64,000 bases of DNA from Raja brachyura. Its lineage: Eukaryota. How positions within the stretch are numbered: position 1 is the first letter of the stretch; every line of letters starts with the position of its first letter. The notes under the pieces are model-generated. The model was not told the origin of the DNA, did not search any database, and saw only the letters and a list, made by a program, of their open reading frames with translations. Shown piece after piece: positions 12,956 to 25,212 of this stretch. The stretch spans positions 19,592,001 to 19,656,000 of the forward strand of contig OY740804.1 in the NCBI GenBank assembly GCA_963514005.1, written 5' to 3'. The position numbers were made by a program, and so were the translations under genes.

Positions 12956-15830
12956 GGTTTGACAAGTTCTTTCAGAGCAACGTGTGAGTAAATGCAGTAT
13001 ATTTTGTATAACAGCATGGGATTGGGATAATATGATAGTTTGATTGTAATGGCAATATTGGTGGGCACTGGCATCTCAGTGCTCTGGAGCACAGATATTA
13101 GGTGGAGGTAAAAGAGGAGATTAGTTACGGTATTGATTTGTGAGAACAACTTGGCAGGCCTTGGAATACTCCAGGAAAATGTTCTGTGATGCTATATAGA
13201 TAGACATGATAATGTGGTGATCATTTTGATGGGATTACACTTTAGGAGGAATTAGGGAGATTACAGATAGGTGTGGGGAAAAATAGGGTTGTAATAGGAG
13301 ATGATTTGACATGCCTAATATTGACAGCGATGGCCTTAGTGCTGAGGGATTAGATAAGACATTTGTTCTGTGTGTCCAGGGAAGTTTTCTCAAGCAATAT
13401 GTAGATGACCCTGTGTGTAGGGAGGAACTGCAGATGCTGGTTTACACTGAAGATCGACACAAAATGCTGGATTATCTTCATCAGACTGATGAAGGGTCTC
13501 GACCTATTTTTCTCCAAAGATGCTGCCTGACCTGCTGAGTTAATCGTATGTGTGTGAGACGGGGGATGTCTCCCCCCCCCCCCCCCATGTTTTGAGAGGT
13601 GGGGGAGTATCTCCCCCCCCCCCCCCCCCCATGTTTTGTAATACGGTGGAAAAAAACTTAAAATCTCCGCTTTCCGCGAGACAGTGGGGGTGACGCTTTC
13701 TAAGGGTTCAATCGGCCCATTGGCGGGGCCTTTCATTGCCGCCCGGCGCAGCTTAAAATCAAACTGCTGCATCAAGACGATCGAGGCTCCAGAGGTTGAA
13801 GCCCCTGCAGGCAGATTTTAAGACATGCCGGGCGATGAACGGCCCCGCAAACGGGCCGATTCAAGCCCCACGATTTGGGGTGGACGAAGCTGTTGTTGCT
13901 GGAGTTCAGAGTCGGTCACCAACCAGGTCAGCTCCCAAGGTCAGCTGCCCACAGGGCCCACAGCCAAAGCCTCCGAAGCTGTGTGTGTGGGTGTGTGGTT
14001 TTGATAGCGATGTCCGCCCCACTAACCTTTAACTGCAACAGCCTTTCCCAATCAAACATTGCAAGTTCTATCCTAATCCCATTAGGTTGGTTCCTCTTTG
14101 AGAAGTAAAAATGATATACACACTTACGAATTAAATTACACAGGCAAAAAGAGGACATCGTATTTTTCTGGTACATAAGGGGAATCTCAAAAGCTTCAAA
14201 CTATATTAAGAGCAAATGGATAACTGGTGAGAGAGTAGGTCCGGTGAAGGATCAGTGTGGGAATTTTTATGTGCCACCGAGGGAGTTGATGAGGTCTTAA
14301 ATTAATACCTCATTTGCATTTACTGTGGAGCGTGACATGGAAACTGGTGAGTTCCGAGAAGATAACAGTGGTAACCGGCAGCACATCAACATTATAAAAG
14401 AGCGAGTGCTACTGGAGAGGATTCCAAGAGACAGGGTCTATCTGCATTTAAAAAAAAACAAGGATTATTAATCGAAAGATACAGCATGGAAACGGGCTCA
14501 TTGGCCCACTGAGTCTATGTTGGGGAAATTCCCAGGATCAAATCACCTGGATCCCAGGGTTAAAAGAGACGACTTTGGATTGTCAACATCCAATTTTCCA
14601 TAGATGATGCAACAGTTCCCACCAGTTGGAAGGATGCAAATATTACTGCACTGTTTAAGAAAGGAGAGGGGGGGAAACGGGATACTACAAGCTCAAGTTC
14701 AAGGTAGGCTCCGGGCATTACTGGAGTTGCAAGGGATCATTTCAGATTTTCACTACAGTAGTGGGGATGGTGGGAGTTCTCTCCAAGTCGCAGGGCAACA
14801 ATGAACAGTGACCATGGTTTAAGTACAACAGTGGGGAAGGTGGAGTAGATTCCAGTCCCCAGTATAGTAGGTGAGGCCAGCGAGGCGGATGTCAGTTTGC
14901 TCCCATTTTTGGTGGAGAGGACAGGGGTTCACTACCAGTTCCCAGTCCAATAGTGGGGAGGGGAGAGGGTCACACCCAGTTCCCAGTACAATAATGGGAG
15001 GGAGTGAGGGAGGGATGCACTACTACTTCCCTGTATGTAGTGGGGAGGGGAGTATTTCACAGCCAGTTCCAGTACAGCAGAGGGGGGAGCGGGTGTCACA
15101 CCCATTTCTCAGTACAGTGGTGGGGAGGGGTGGGGACAGCAGGAACTCGATAAGCTATGATCTTTTGCAAGATGTAAGCTCGAGGATCCGAATCGTATCA
15201 ATCTACTTCTGCCTCTGGAAAATATTTCTCTTTGTACCTCTCATCATCCTGTCCCATCGATTTAAATCCACCTCCCCCTTCCCCCCCCCCCCCCCCCCCC
15301 CCACCCCCTTCTCTGATGTGACCAACCCCACTCCAAACTTGTCCACATTCCTGGATCTCAAGCAACAAAGGCAGGGATCCCCTCCTCTTCACCCCCTGTC
15401 CCTCCCCCATCAGCGATCTGTGAATGTGCATTCCAAGGATCTGCCTCAAGCTCCCTCTGACCCCCCCCCCCCCCCCCACACCGGACATTCTTTCATTTAC
15501 CTCGTGTTCCCTCGCCTTGTCACTTTGTCCAATCTCTCTCCTTCATCTGCGGACTGGGTCACATTTGCCATGTCTGTTCCCTCCTGACCCGTCCGTCGAT
15601 ATCTGGCTGCAGGCTGTAACTTCCTTCCTCTGCCCCAGTGCAGAGAGTGTTCACTCTGTTCCCTCCGTGGGCTCACTGTGTGATGCAGGAACTGTGGGCC
15701 GGGCCTCTCTCAGAGCCAGGAGCCAGACGATGGGCCTCATGCCCTGCTCCTGTGCTCTGTGATTCTCCCAGCTCCGATTCCTCCTCCAGTTCCTGTGCTC
15801 TCCTGCTGACTGCCTCTCTTGTCTCCTCAG

Positions 15831-16148
15831 CTGGAACTGGGGCTGACCCTCGCCTTGTGTTCGGAATTGTGGGACAAAAGGCCTTGTTACCTTCTGGGCT
15901 TCAAGTCAAAGAGAGCAATATTGAGATTGTGTGGGAACACGTATCATCCAGAACCAGGATACTGGAATATGCGAAAGGGAAATTGAAATACTATGACACC
16001 AGGTACAAGGGACGGGTAAATCTTCATCTCAATGACTTCAGTCTGGAAATTTTAAGTTTACAGACACAGGACGCCGGAGATTACGAGGTAACTGTAACAC
16101 TGGATACGGGCGCACAGACTGTGTCCACAGTCCGACTGGAGGTATACG
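15831..16148 (+). CDS. CD2/SLAM-family receptor, exon 2 (IgV domain without the canonical disulfide)
   Basis: Polypyrimidine tract and CAG acceptor; G|GTGAGT donor; 318 nt, phase 1/1; motifs IVWE, YKGRV, FSLEI, DAGDY, VRLEVY; no Cys. Confidence 0.92.
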
Positions 16149-17381
16149 GTGAGTGAGACTGCCGCCGAGGAGCCCGGGTTTAACCATTTCATGAAACCTC
16201 CCATCCCACATAAATGGGTGAGGGCTAATACTGTACATTGTTTACTGAATCCCACTGACTGCCAGTGTCCAGAGTGGGGGGGTGACGGTTCCAGTGTAAT
16301 GGGACTGGGGCAGTGCCAAGCTGGGGGACATCCCCGGAGACTGGGCAAGGGGCCGCAAAGGCTCGAACTGTCAACGGGGAACTCTCATGGCTCCAAGGCT
16401 GGAGAAGCTGGGCACCGTCAGAACAGGCCCGACAACTGGAAATGGGGTTCATGGGGTGCTGTGGACCATCAGCAGCAGAAATATCCTCCACACAGCCTGT
16501 AATCTCATGGTCCGGCACATCCCTCACGCCACCATTACAGTCACCCAGGGGGGTCATCCCTGGTTCACTGAGGAGCGCAGAGGACATGCTGTAAGCAGCA
16601 CCAGGTGGAGCTAAACACGATGAGGTGCCAGGCTGATGAAGCTGCGACACAGGGCAACGTGCGAGCTCATCAGCAAAAACAGCCGCATGAAACAGAGCTA
16701 AGGGACCGCACTGCCCATGACTCGGGTCACAGCTCTACAGTAATCTCCTATCTGGTCATGACTAGTGGTTGAGAATTCAACAGCTCATGTGGTGAGGAGT
16801 CTAAGAACTCCCCATTCACAGTGATGCGGGGACCCAGCATGTGAGTGCTGGAGACAAGGCTGATCATCCACAAACATGTCCCTCCACAGCCGGAGGTGCT
16901 GAGTGGATGATCTCTCTCGGCTTCCTCCTGAGATCCCTCCAACACAGAACTGTCCCTGGACTATTTTCAGTTCAGTCCATGTGATCCCAGGAAATGGCTG
17001 AGAGCCCCAGAGAGAGCAATGTTTCCTGATAACATCACAGCTATAGTATGGAAGACCTGTGCTCCAGAACCAGTTGCATGTCTCGCAGTGCAACCCAAGG
17101 ATACGGGAACCACAACTGTGTGCCATGCTCTCTGTGTGGTCTGCCAACTCCCAACTCGCCCCTCACTCTCACTGCTATGCCCTGGCCATCTCTCCTCTAC
17201 TCTCTCAGTCCTGAGTCACAATCTCAACTAAAACAAAATTCATCTCCCTCCACAGATTAGTTTAATTTAGTTTGGTTTAGCGATACAGCGGGGAAACAGG
17301 CCCTTCGGCCCATCTAGTCCACGCCAACCAACGATCTTCCACGAAGGACAATTTATGGAAGCCAATTAACCTACAAACCTG

Positions 17382-18742
17382 GGGTTACACAAAAAGCTGG
17401 AGAAACTCAGCGGGTGCAGCAGCATCTAAGGAGCGAAGGAGATAGGCGACGTTTCGGGTCGAGACCCTTCTTCAGACTGGTCAGGGATCAGGGAAACGAG
17501 AGATATAAACAGTGATGTGGAGAGATAAGGAACAATGAGTGAAAGATATGCAAAAAAGTATTGGTGATAAAGGAAGCAGGCCATTGTAAGCTGTTTGTGG
17601 TGTGAAAATGAGAAGCTAGTGCGACTGGGGTGGGGGGGGGGGGGGGGGAGATGGAGAAGGAATGTCAGGGCCAGAGGGCTGAGGGAGAGGTGGGGGGGGA
17701 GGCAGTCTGGGTTAACAGAATTGAGAAAATTCAATGTTTAAGCCCAGAGGATGCAGACTCCCCAAGCGGAATATGAGGTGCTGTTCCTCCAACTTGCGGT
17801 GTTGATCACTCTGGCCGTGGAGGAGGCCCAGGACCGAGAGGTCGGATACGCAGTGGGAGGGGGAGTTGAAGTGCTGAGCCACCGGGAGGTCGGGTTGGTT
17901 ATTGCGGACCGAGCGGAGGTGTTCGGCGAAACGATCGCCCAGCCTCCGCTTGGTCTCACCGATGTAGATCAGCTGGCATCTGGAGCAACGGATGCAGTAG
18001 ATGAGGTTGGAGGAGATGCAGGTGAACCTCTGTCGGACTTGGAATGACTGCTTGGGTCCCTGAAAGGAGTGGATGGGGGAGGTGAAGGGACAAGTGTAGC
18101 ATCTCTTGCGGTTGAGACCAAGTGGAGGCTGGTATACATCGGTGAGACCAAGCGGAGGCTGGGCGATCGTTTCGCCGAACACCTCCACTCGGTCCGCAAT
18201 AACCAACCCGACCTCCCGGTGGCTCAGCACTTCAACTCCCCCTCCCACTGCGTATCCGACCTCTCGGTCCTGGGCCTCCTCCACGGCCAGAGTGATCAAC
18301 ACCGCAAGTTGGAGGAACAGCACCTCATATTCCGCTTGGGGAGTCTGCATTCTCTGGGCTTAAACATTGAATTTTCTCAATTCTGTTAACCCAGACTGCC
18401 TCCCCCCCCCACCTCTCCCTCAGCCCTCTGGCCCTGACATTCCTTCTCCATCTCCCCCCCCCCCGTCGCACTAGCTTCTCATTTTCACACCACAAACAGC
18501 TTACAATGGCCTGCTTCCTTTATCACCAATACTTTTTTGCATATCTTTCACTCATTGTTCCTTATCTCCCCACATCACTGTTTATATCTCTCGTTTCCCT
18601 GATCCCTGACCAGTCTGAAGAAGGGTCTCGACCCGAAACGTCGCCTATCTCCTTCGCTCCTTAGATGCTGCTGCACCCGCTAAGTTTCTCCAGCTTCTTG
18701 TGTAACCCTCGATTCTCCAGCATCTGCAGTTCCTTCTTCAAC
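17382..18742. mobile_element. Penelope-like element: inverted pair of GIY-YIG endonuclease 3' ends
   Basis: NLIYCIRC..LIYIGETKRRLGDRFAEH..GLN encoded on both strands; near-perfect ~580-bp inverted arms; TSD AACCTACAAACCTG at 17368-17381 and 18743-18756. Confidence 0.92.
18615..18642 (+). ncRNA. Minimal type I hammerhead ribozyme motif in the Penelope terminal repeat
   Basis: CUGAAGA-A-GGGU(CUCG)ACCC-GAAA-CG-UC; identical copies on the minus strand at 17448-17475, 19062-19089 and 36222-36249. Confidence 0.6.
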
Positions 18743-18961
18743 AACCTACAAACCTGCATGTCTGTGAAATGGGGGAGGAAACCGGAACACCCAGAGAAAA
18801 CCCATGTGGTCACAGGGAGAACATGCAAACTCCACACAGACAGCACCCATAGTCAGAATTAATCCCAGGTCCTTGCTGTTGGAACGCAGCAACTCTACCA
18901 CTGCGTACCTGTACCACGCACGGAAGATGACCCCTGAGATCCCCAGCAGCTTTGTATTTGC

Positions 18962-19113
18962 GTTAAAGAAGTAACTGCAGATGCCAGAGAATCGAAGGTT
19001 ACACGAAAAGCTGGAGAAACTCAGCGGGTGCAGCAGCATCTAAGGGGCGAAGGAGATAGGCGACGTTTCGGGTCGAGACCCTTCTTCAGACCCTTCAGGC
19101 TTTTCGTGTAACC
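18962..19113 (-). mobile_element. Short Penelope terminal insertion with a small inverted end
   Basis: Same terminal repeat; flanked by the imperfect duplication CAGCTTT(G/T)TATTTGC. Confidence 0.75.
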
Positions 19114-19449
19114 CCCAGCTTTTTATTTGCTCCTGGTTCCAGCATCTGCAGTCTTTTTTTGCTCTTTTAATCTTACTTTGATGGACAACTACTTTTCTTT
19201 CCACAACCTTGTTATTCTGTCTCTGTAGATCCCTGCTTATCCTTTGTGATTCATTCTCCATTCTGATTCTTTGTTTTCCCTCCAAAAATGTGCCCCACGC
19301 CAGATTGGAGTAACTTGGTGATTACACCCCCTGATCTGTGAGCTGCTTGAGTCTCCGTGGGGGAGAGGGTGTGTGACCCGGGATCTACACGGTGCCGGAT
19401 TCACTCTGGAACACAACACGTTTACCAGTCTGGGTCTGTGCTCATCACA

Positions 19450-20470
19450 GTCCCTCTGAACCCTCCATATCCCTCTAAACATATCCTATCCATGTACCGG
19501 TTTAAATGTTTCTTCTAGCGATAGTACCAGCCTCTTCTACCTCCTCTGGCAGCTCAATCCATACTTGCAACACCGTTTGTGTGAAACGGGTACCCCTCAG
19601 TTTCCTATTAAATCTTTTACCTCTCACCTTAAACCTATGTCCTCAGTTTCTTGATTCCCCTACTCGGGGCAAGAGGCTCTGAATTTACACAATCTATTGC
19701 ACTCATGATTTTGTACACCTCTGTCAGATCACCCCTCATTCTACTGCGCTCCAAGGAATAGAGTCAGCCTGCTCAACCTCTCCCTATAGTTCAGACCCTC
19801 AAGTCTTGGCAACATCCTCGTAAATCTTCACTGCACCCTTCCCAGCTTGGAGTGGAGTTTGGTTTGGTTAACAGACAAAAACAATGCAGGAATGTAAAGG
19901 CTATTTTCATGTTGGGAGATCGTGACCAATGAGGTGCTGCAGGGATCTGTATAACCAACCCAAGCTCTAAAAGCTCTGTGCAGTGGGAGCTATGAGGTAG
20001 ATGTAGAAAATCTTTGGAAGATAGGGTCAGGATAAATGCATGGGCAGGGACACGGCAGGATTATAACACGGAAAAGTGTGGCCATCCACACTGTAGGAAT
20101 AATACAAAGGCAGAATCATTATTAAATGCTGAGAGACTGAAAGATGTTGTTGTTCAGAAGAATCAGGGTTTCCTTGCACAGGAATCAGTGAAAGTTACCC
20201 CACAGATACAGCCGGCAATTCATAAGCAGAGTGCTGGTGACACCACACCTGAAATATTGTGGACAGGTCTTGTACCCCCTACACCCTAGGAAAGGATCTA
20301 ATGGTGTCACAGGAAGTGCAGCAAGGGTCCACCGGATCGATTCCCGAGTCCAGGGGGTTTTTCCCCATTGGAGGATGAAGCAGACTCTGGAATTGAGAGA
20401 AAGATGAGGTGATCTCACTGACATTTCATTCCAGGACTCAGCAGGGTGGGTTTGGTGAGGGGGATTTCCA
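19450..20470. mobile_element. Degraded CR1 LINE fragments
   Basis: Resemble the RT and 3' UTR of the CR1 copies at 47589-49460. Confidence 0.5.
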
Positions 20471-21468
20471 CTGCTGGGGTGCCTGGAACCATGAGCCACC
20501 GTCTGAGAGTCAGGGTTTTATAGACTTTGGAGATACAGTGCAAAAACAGGCCTTTCAGCCCATCGAGTCCACGCCAACCAGCGATCACCCCGTACACACT
20601 AGCATTATCCTAGGCATTAGGGACAATTTACAATTTTACCGAAGCCAATTAACCTACAAGCCTGTGTAAGAAGGAACTGCAGATGCTGGATTAAACTGAC
20701 GATAGACACAGAAACCTGGAGTAATTGAGCGGGTGAAGCAGCATCTCTGGAGAAAAGAAAAGGTGACGGTTCGAGTCGATACTCTTCTTCAGACCCTTCT
20801 TAATCAGAAGGGGCTTGACCCAAAACACCACCTATTCCATTTCTCCAGAGATGCTGTCTGACTGCTGTGTAATTCTAGCTTTTTGTATCAACTTCTTTTG
20901 GGTTTGGGAGGAAACCGGAGCACCCGGAGAAAACCAACGCGGCCATTCAGGACAGAGATGGAGAATATCTCATCCAGAGGGACTGAACCTTGTGGGGGCT
21001 CAGTTTCTGAGCACATTCAAGATGGATCCTTGGGATTGTGTGTGTGAAGGAAACCAAGGAATAGTGCAGAAAACTGGTGCTGAAGGAAAAGACCAGCCGT
21101 GATCTTATTGAATGTGGCAGGAAAAACAAGGGACCGAATACCCTTCTCCTGCTTTTATTTCTATTTTACATATTGACAAAATGATACGGAACTGGAGCGG
21201 ATTCCAAGGATGCAGAGGTATAAACAGGACACAGTGGAGAGTTTGTGGATGAGCGCGGACAGTGGTTGGGAAGGGGGGCGCAGCTCACGTGTGGACTTCC
21301 TCCAGCGACAACTGTCTGAACTGAAGGAGATGGGGAGAGATGGGGAAACTGGTGGATGGAAATAATTGGGATCGACTTAAAGTTCACCTGCATTTGTTGG
21401 GGGCGGGTTGTTGAGATGTCCACAACTAGGTCTTTTACTCATCTTTAATTTCTTAGTCCCAACCCCAG

Positions 21469-21753
21469 AGCCTGTGTCAGGAACACAGATCTTGGTTCAG
21501 CGCACCGGCATCTGCAACTTCACCCTGACCTGCTCCGTGACCTCTGGTGCCCCCACCAGCTTCAGGTGGTGGAAGGGAGGAGAAGCTCTGGGAAATGACA
21601 GCACCCATCACCTTCGGGGACACGGAGAGATTATAGCAGTTCATCATACAGCAAAGGACAAGGATGTTGTGTACAAGTGTGAGGCCAAGAACCCGAGCAG
21701 TACAGGCACGGCACAGGTCCGGCTCAAAAACGTCTGTAAGCAGACCACATCTG
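21469..21753 (+). CDS. CD2/SLAM-family receptor, exon 3 (IgC2 domain, four Cys)
   Basis: CAG acceptor; G|GTGAGT donor; 285 nt, phase 1/1; EPVS..CNFTLTC..FRWWK..YKCEAKNPSS..VC. Confidence 0.92.
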
Positions 21754-22224
21754 GTGAGTGTCAAAGGGGGAATTGTTTTTTAGAAAGGAGCTGAGATTCC
21801 TTCATACCTGTAGTGTATTTGGGTGCTTTTAACTGACTTAAAAGAACACTCGGATACAGGAGTAAACTAACAAGCTTCTTTATTCTAGGACTTCACCTTG
21901 AGTCTCCCCCAGCGCATGCATCCCCTCGCACAAGACATAACATATGCCAATTATATCACATACATCACACTGCTCCCCCTTTAACTTGGAGGCAGGTAAC
22001 ACCATTTACATTATATACATTACACTGCTCCCCCTTTAACTTGGAGGCGGATAACACCATTTTGTTTACATTAAATATAATTGATTAATTATATTATTAC
22101 AGTCATCTTACATTACATCCATATAACTGTAATAATCATATCTAAACTTAGCACATAATTTTTCATTCCACTCATCTTCCTTAAACCACATACTTTATGT
22201 AACACATAAACCCCTTGCTTTATG

Positions 22225-22760
22225 TGTTATCCTTTTCCGTTCCCTTCTGTGTAAATTGCGCACTCTTTCTAATCACTCTAGTTCTACCTGTATCTCTGCC
22301 TCTTCCTTTTTAAATATCCTAATCTAATTTGCAGATTTCTTCCTGTTCCTGATATTCTGCTAAAGTTAACATTTCCTTCTCTGCTTTGTTTTCCTCTGTT
22401 TCTGTTCCTTATTTGTAGGTGGGATCTGACACATGACTGCAGGTATTCGTTTTCTAGCAGCTTCCTCTGTCGCACAATTTCCTGGTGCTGCGTGTTTATC
22501 TGCTCTTGCTGTACAATAACATTCTGCAATGCATAACCATTTGTCCATTGCTCAGTGAAGGAAGCTCCATGCTGGACTATAGTGAAGTGTCCTAATCGCA
22601 ATCGGTCCTGCATACTTTTGGCTCGACCGACAAGCCTCTCTTCTTTAGACTTTTCTCGTAACAGCTTTTTGCTCATCGTCGCACATTTATTTAACCGTAC
22701 TTTGTATCATTTAAGCCTTTTCTGTTGTTCATCTATTTGTCTTCTTAAATCACCTTTCTG
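22225..22760 (-). pseudogene. TLK2: Captured intronless tousled-like kinase coiled-coil fragment (TLK2-like), frameshifted
   Basis: [82 protein letters not shown]. Stops before the kinase domain. Confidence 0.9.
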
Positions 22761-23782
22761 GTTATTCATCAAGAAGTAGGATCTGTATTGTCTTTGCAAT
22801 ACAACAGTGGCTTTGATTTGCGCTCTGTATAGTTTTCTTACTACATAAGCACGGTAGTGAGACTGCACTACAACTGTTGTATATTTCAGTTTGAGGAAGT
22901 TTTTCCTATATCGTTTAAGTCTTTTGTATTGTGCATCTATTTGTCTCCTTAGGTCTTTCCTATACCAAGTCATACAAAGTACTGACTGAACTTTTACAGT
23001 AGCCCTCTTTTGCTTAATCCAATGCCTAACCACATACCCTTGTAGGCAGCCTGAATGGTAATGGTTGCATGCCTCATTGACTGATTTTGCACAAACTGGG
23101 AATGCCCTATTTTGCATGCTTTGTACCATCTCTGGATCAAAATGACTGCTTGTCTCATTGCTCTGTAGCGTACCCTTGATCGGTAACCACGGTATGCAGC
23201 TTGCAGAGTGATTACAGCCGCCTTTTGCATCAAGAAATGTTTTCTTGTAATGCACATCATTAAGACTGACTTAATATGGTGTGTCGCCTTGATTTTCTCA
23301 ACCAATTCGCTGGCTTTAATCCCACGGTAGAAGACCTGAATACAAACCACTGCTTTTCTCAAACTATTATAATGTCTCTCTTGGACATCTCTTATCTGGC
23401 AAGCTCTATATTGCTGCTGTACTGCAATGGCAGACCTGCATAGTTTCTTGAAATACTGACGCTGTTTATGCATCTGATAATACGTCTGCATGACCTTGGC
23501 AGATTTGAGCATCACCCCAATTGCTTTCGAACAAGCATTCCTCGGTAGGCAGCCTGAATCAGCACAACACTGCTGTGTACCTTCATGTAAGTCTTGCGAT
23601 CACTTTCCATTTGAAGGTGTGCCCTATAATGGGTTTGTACTATTATAGCTGCCAATCTCATTGCCCTGTATGGACGGTATACTCTGTGCCTTCTAAATGC
23701 TGTTTGCATTACCATTGCTGCCTTCTGTTTGTTCTGGATCTCTCGCCGTACCTTCATACCCCTGAATGCAGCTTGAATGGTT
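22760..23782 (-). pseudogene. ASPM: Captured ASPM-like IQ-repeat fragment, frameshifted
   Basis: Serial IQxxYRG repeats with ASPM-type spacing in ORFs 23512-23757, 22994-23515 and 22707-23255. Confidence 0.8.
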
Positions 23783-24320
23783 AGCTGTATTTCACCCTCG
23801 TTAGACCTTATCTGGACTACGCAGTTGCAGCTTGGGACCCATACATAGATAAAAACATTTCATCCATCGAACGTGTCCAAAGACAGGCCGCTCGATTTGT
23901 TACTAACACCTACGATAGAGAAGCGACTGTCACCAAACTTCTGAATTCTCTGGGGTGGAACCCTCTCCAAGACAGACGTGAAGCTCACCGTTTGACCTGT
24001 TTTTACAAAATGTTAAATGGTCAGCTAGACATAGATCACAAGACCTACACCAACCCCAAACCAATTAGGAGCAGACGAGGGCATTCGATCCAATTTGTGG
24101 TCCCAGCCTCAAAGACAGATGTGTACAGCAATTCGTTCTTTCCACGCACTATTAAAGCATGGAATAATCTCCACCAAGCCACGGTTGCCCAGCCAGATGC
24201 AACTAAATTTAAAGTGACACTTTCTTCCCAATAACCCTCTCTGGCTAAACCCCTCCCTTCACCACCTCCAGTTTAAATTCCAGTTGGAATATTTTGGAGG
24301 ACCAAGTAACCAAGAACCAA
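23783..24320 (+). mobile_element. CR1-group (L2/Crack/Daphne-like) LINE 3' fragment nested in the LTR element
   Basis: YFTLVRPYLDYAVAAWDPY..IERVQRQAARFV and SFFPRTIKAWNNL; (AACCAAG)n tail; GGTT on both flanks. Confidence 0.85.
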
Positions 24321-24758
24321 GGTTGCCTTCTGGATGGCAATGTCCCTTTCCATTTGACTTTTGTCCCTTTGCCTTTGACCTTTGGCCTTTTCCACTTGAC
24401 CTTTGTCACTTGGCACTTGACTTTTGTCACTTTGCCCTTTACTTTTGTCCTTTGAGGAACTCCCTGCCCTCTTTAGTTTAGGCTCCTTGCCTATGGATAC
24501 CCTTGGAGGTTTTGGCAAGAAATGAGCCATTAATGCCTTCTTACACTCCTCATACATTTTGTCTGTGGGCTTTGCTGGCAGCAGTAACATACGCGAGGTC
24601 TGATAACCCTCTCTTCCTAAGCCTAATATGCTCCATGCTCTCTTCTCCTCTGCAGCGATATCATTGGAAATGAACGAAGCCTTCAAGACTTCGGTCCATT
24701 TCTCAAAATTACACCCAGAATCTAACTGGGGCACCTTTCCTACAATTTGAAAAATCAT
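24321..24758 (-). pseudogene. Gypsy gag N-terminal stub followed by a low-complexity linker
   Basis: FEKWTEVLKASFISNDI..LGREGYQ..LLLPAKPTDKMYEE..LMAHFLPKP resembles vertebrate Gypsy gag N-termini. Confidence 0.75.
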
Positions 24759-25212
24759 GCTAGCTGTTGCTATTCAGGTGCACTATATTCTGTTCTCTCA
24801 CTGTTTTCTGCACTGGACTCAATCCACTGACTATTACCAATTCTTATAATAATAGATTTACACTATTAACCAACATTTCATGTCAATAGCCATTAAGAAC
24901 ATTTTTAACCATATTCCTTCTATGCACACAGATTTACTATTAATAACGGTGATCAATGCATTACATTCAAACAGTCCTGCTTTTACTGTGCCCATGCATT
25001 ACATTCACAGAGGGCTTTTATTATGAAGTATTTCACAGCTCCAGCTTGTGGTCTGTGGACTCTGGTGCATCCTCGACCTCTCGAGCTGTCTCCACCAGTA
25101 CCTTTGCTGATGGCCTCACCGGACCTCCACTTTTTTGTTGCTTTTGCTGGCTCCCCCGGGCTTCACCATTACTTTTGCTGCCGCTGGCTCACTGCCGAGT
25201 CGACTCCCGTTG

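Larger units (their letters stand above)
17270..18920 (-). mobile_element. SINE with CR1-like tail, split by the Penelope insertion
   Basis: Segments 17270-17381 and 18743-18920 rejoin across a 14-bp TSD; a related copy lies at about 20515-20950. Confidence 0.65.

Noticed and set aside
17712-18350. 212-aa GIY-YIG ORF as an intact gene
   Set aside because: Its N-terminal part is the antisense of the inverted arm, and there is no RT.
22225-23782. Native ASPM or TLK2 loci
   Set aside because: Fragmentary, frameshifted, fused and enclosed by LTRs inside another gene's intron.
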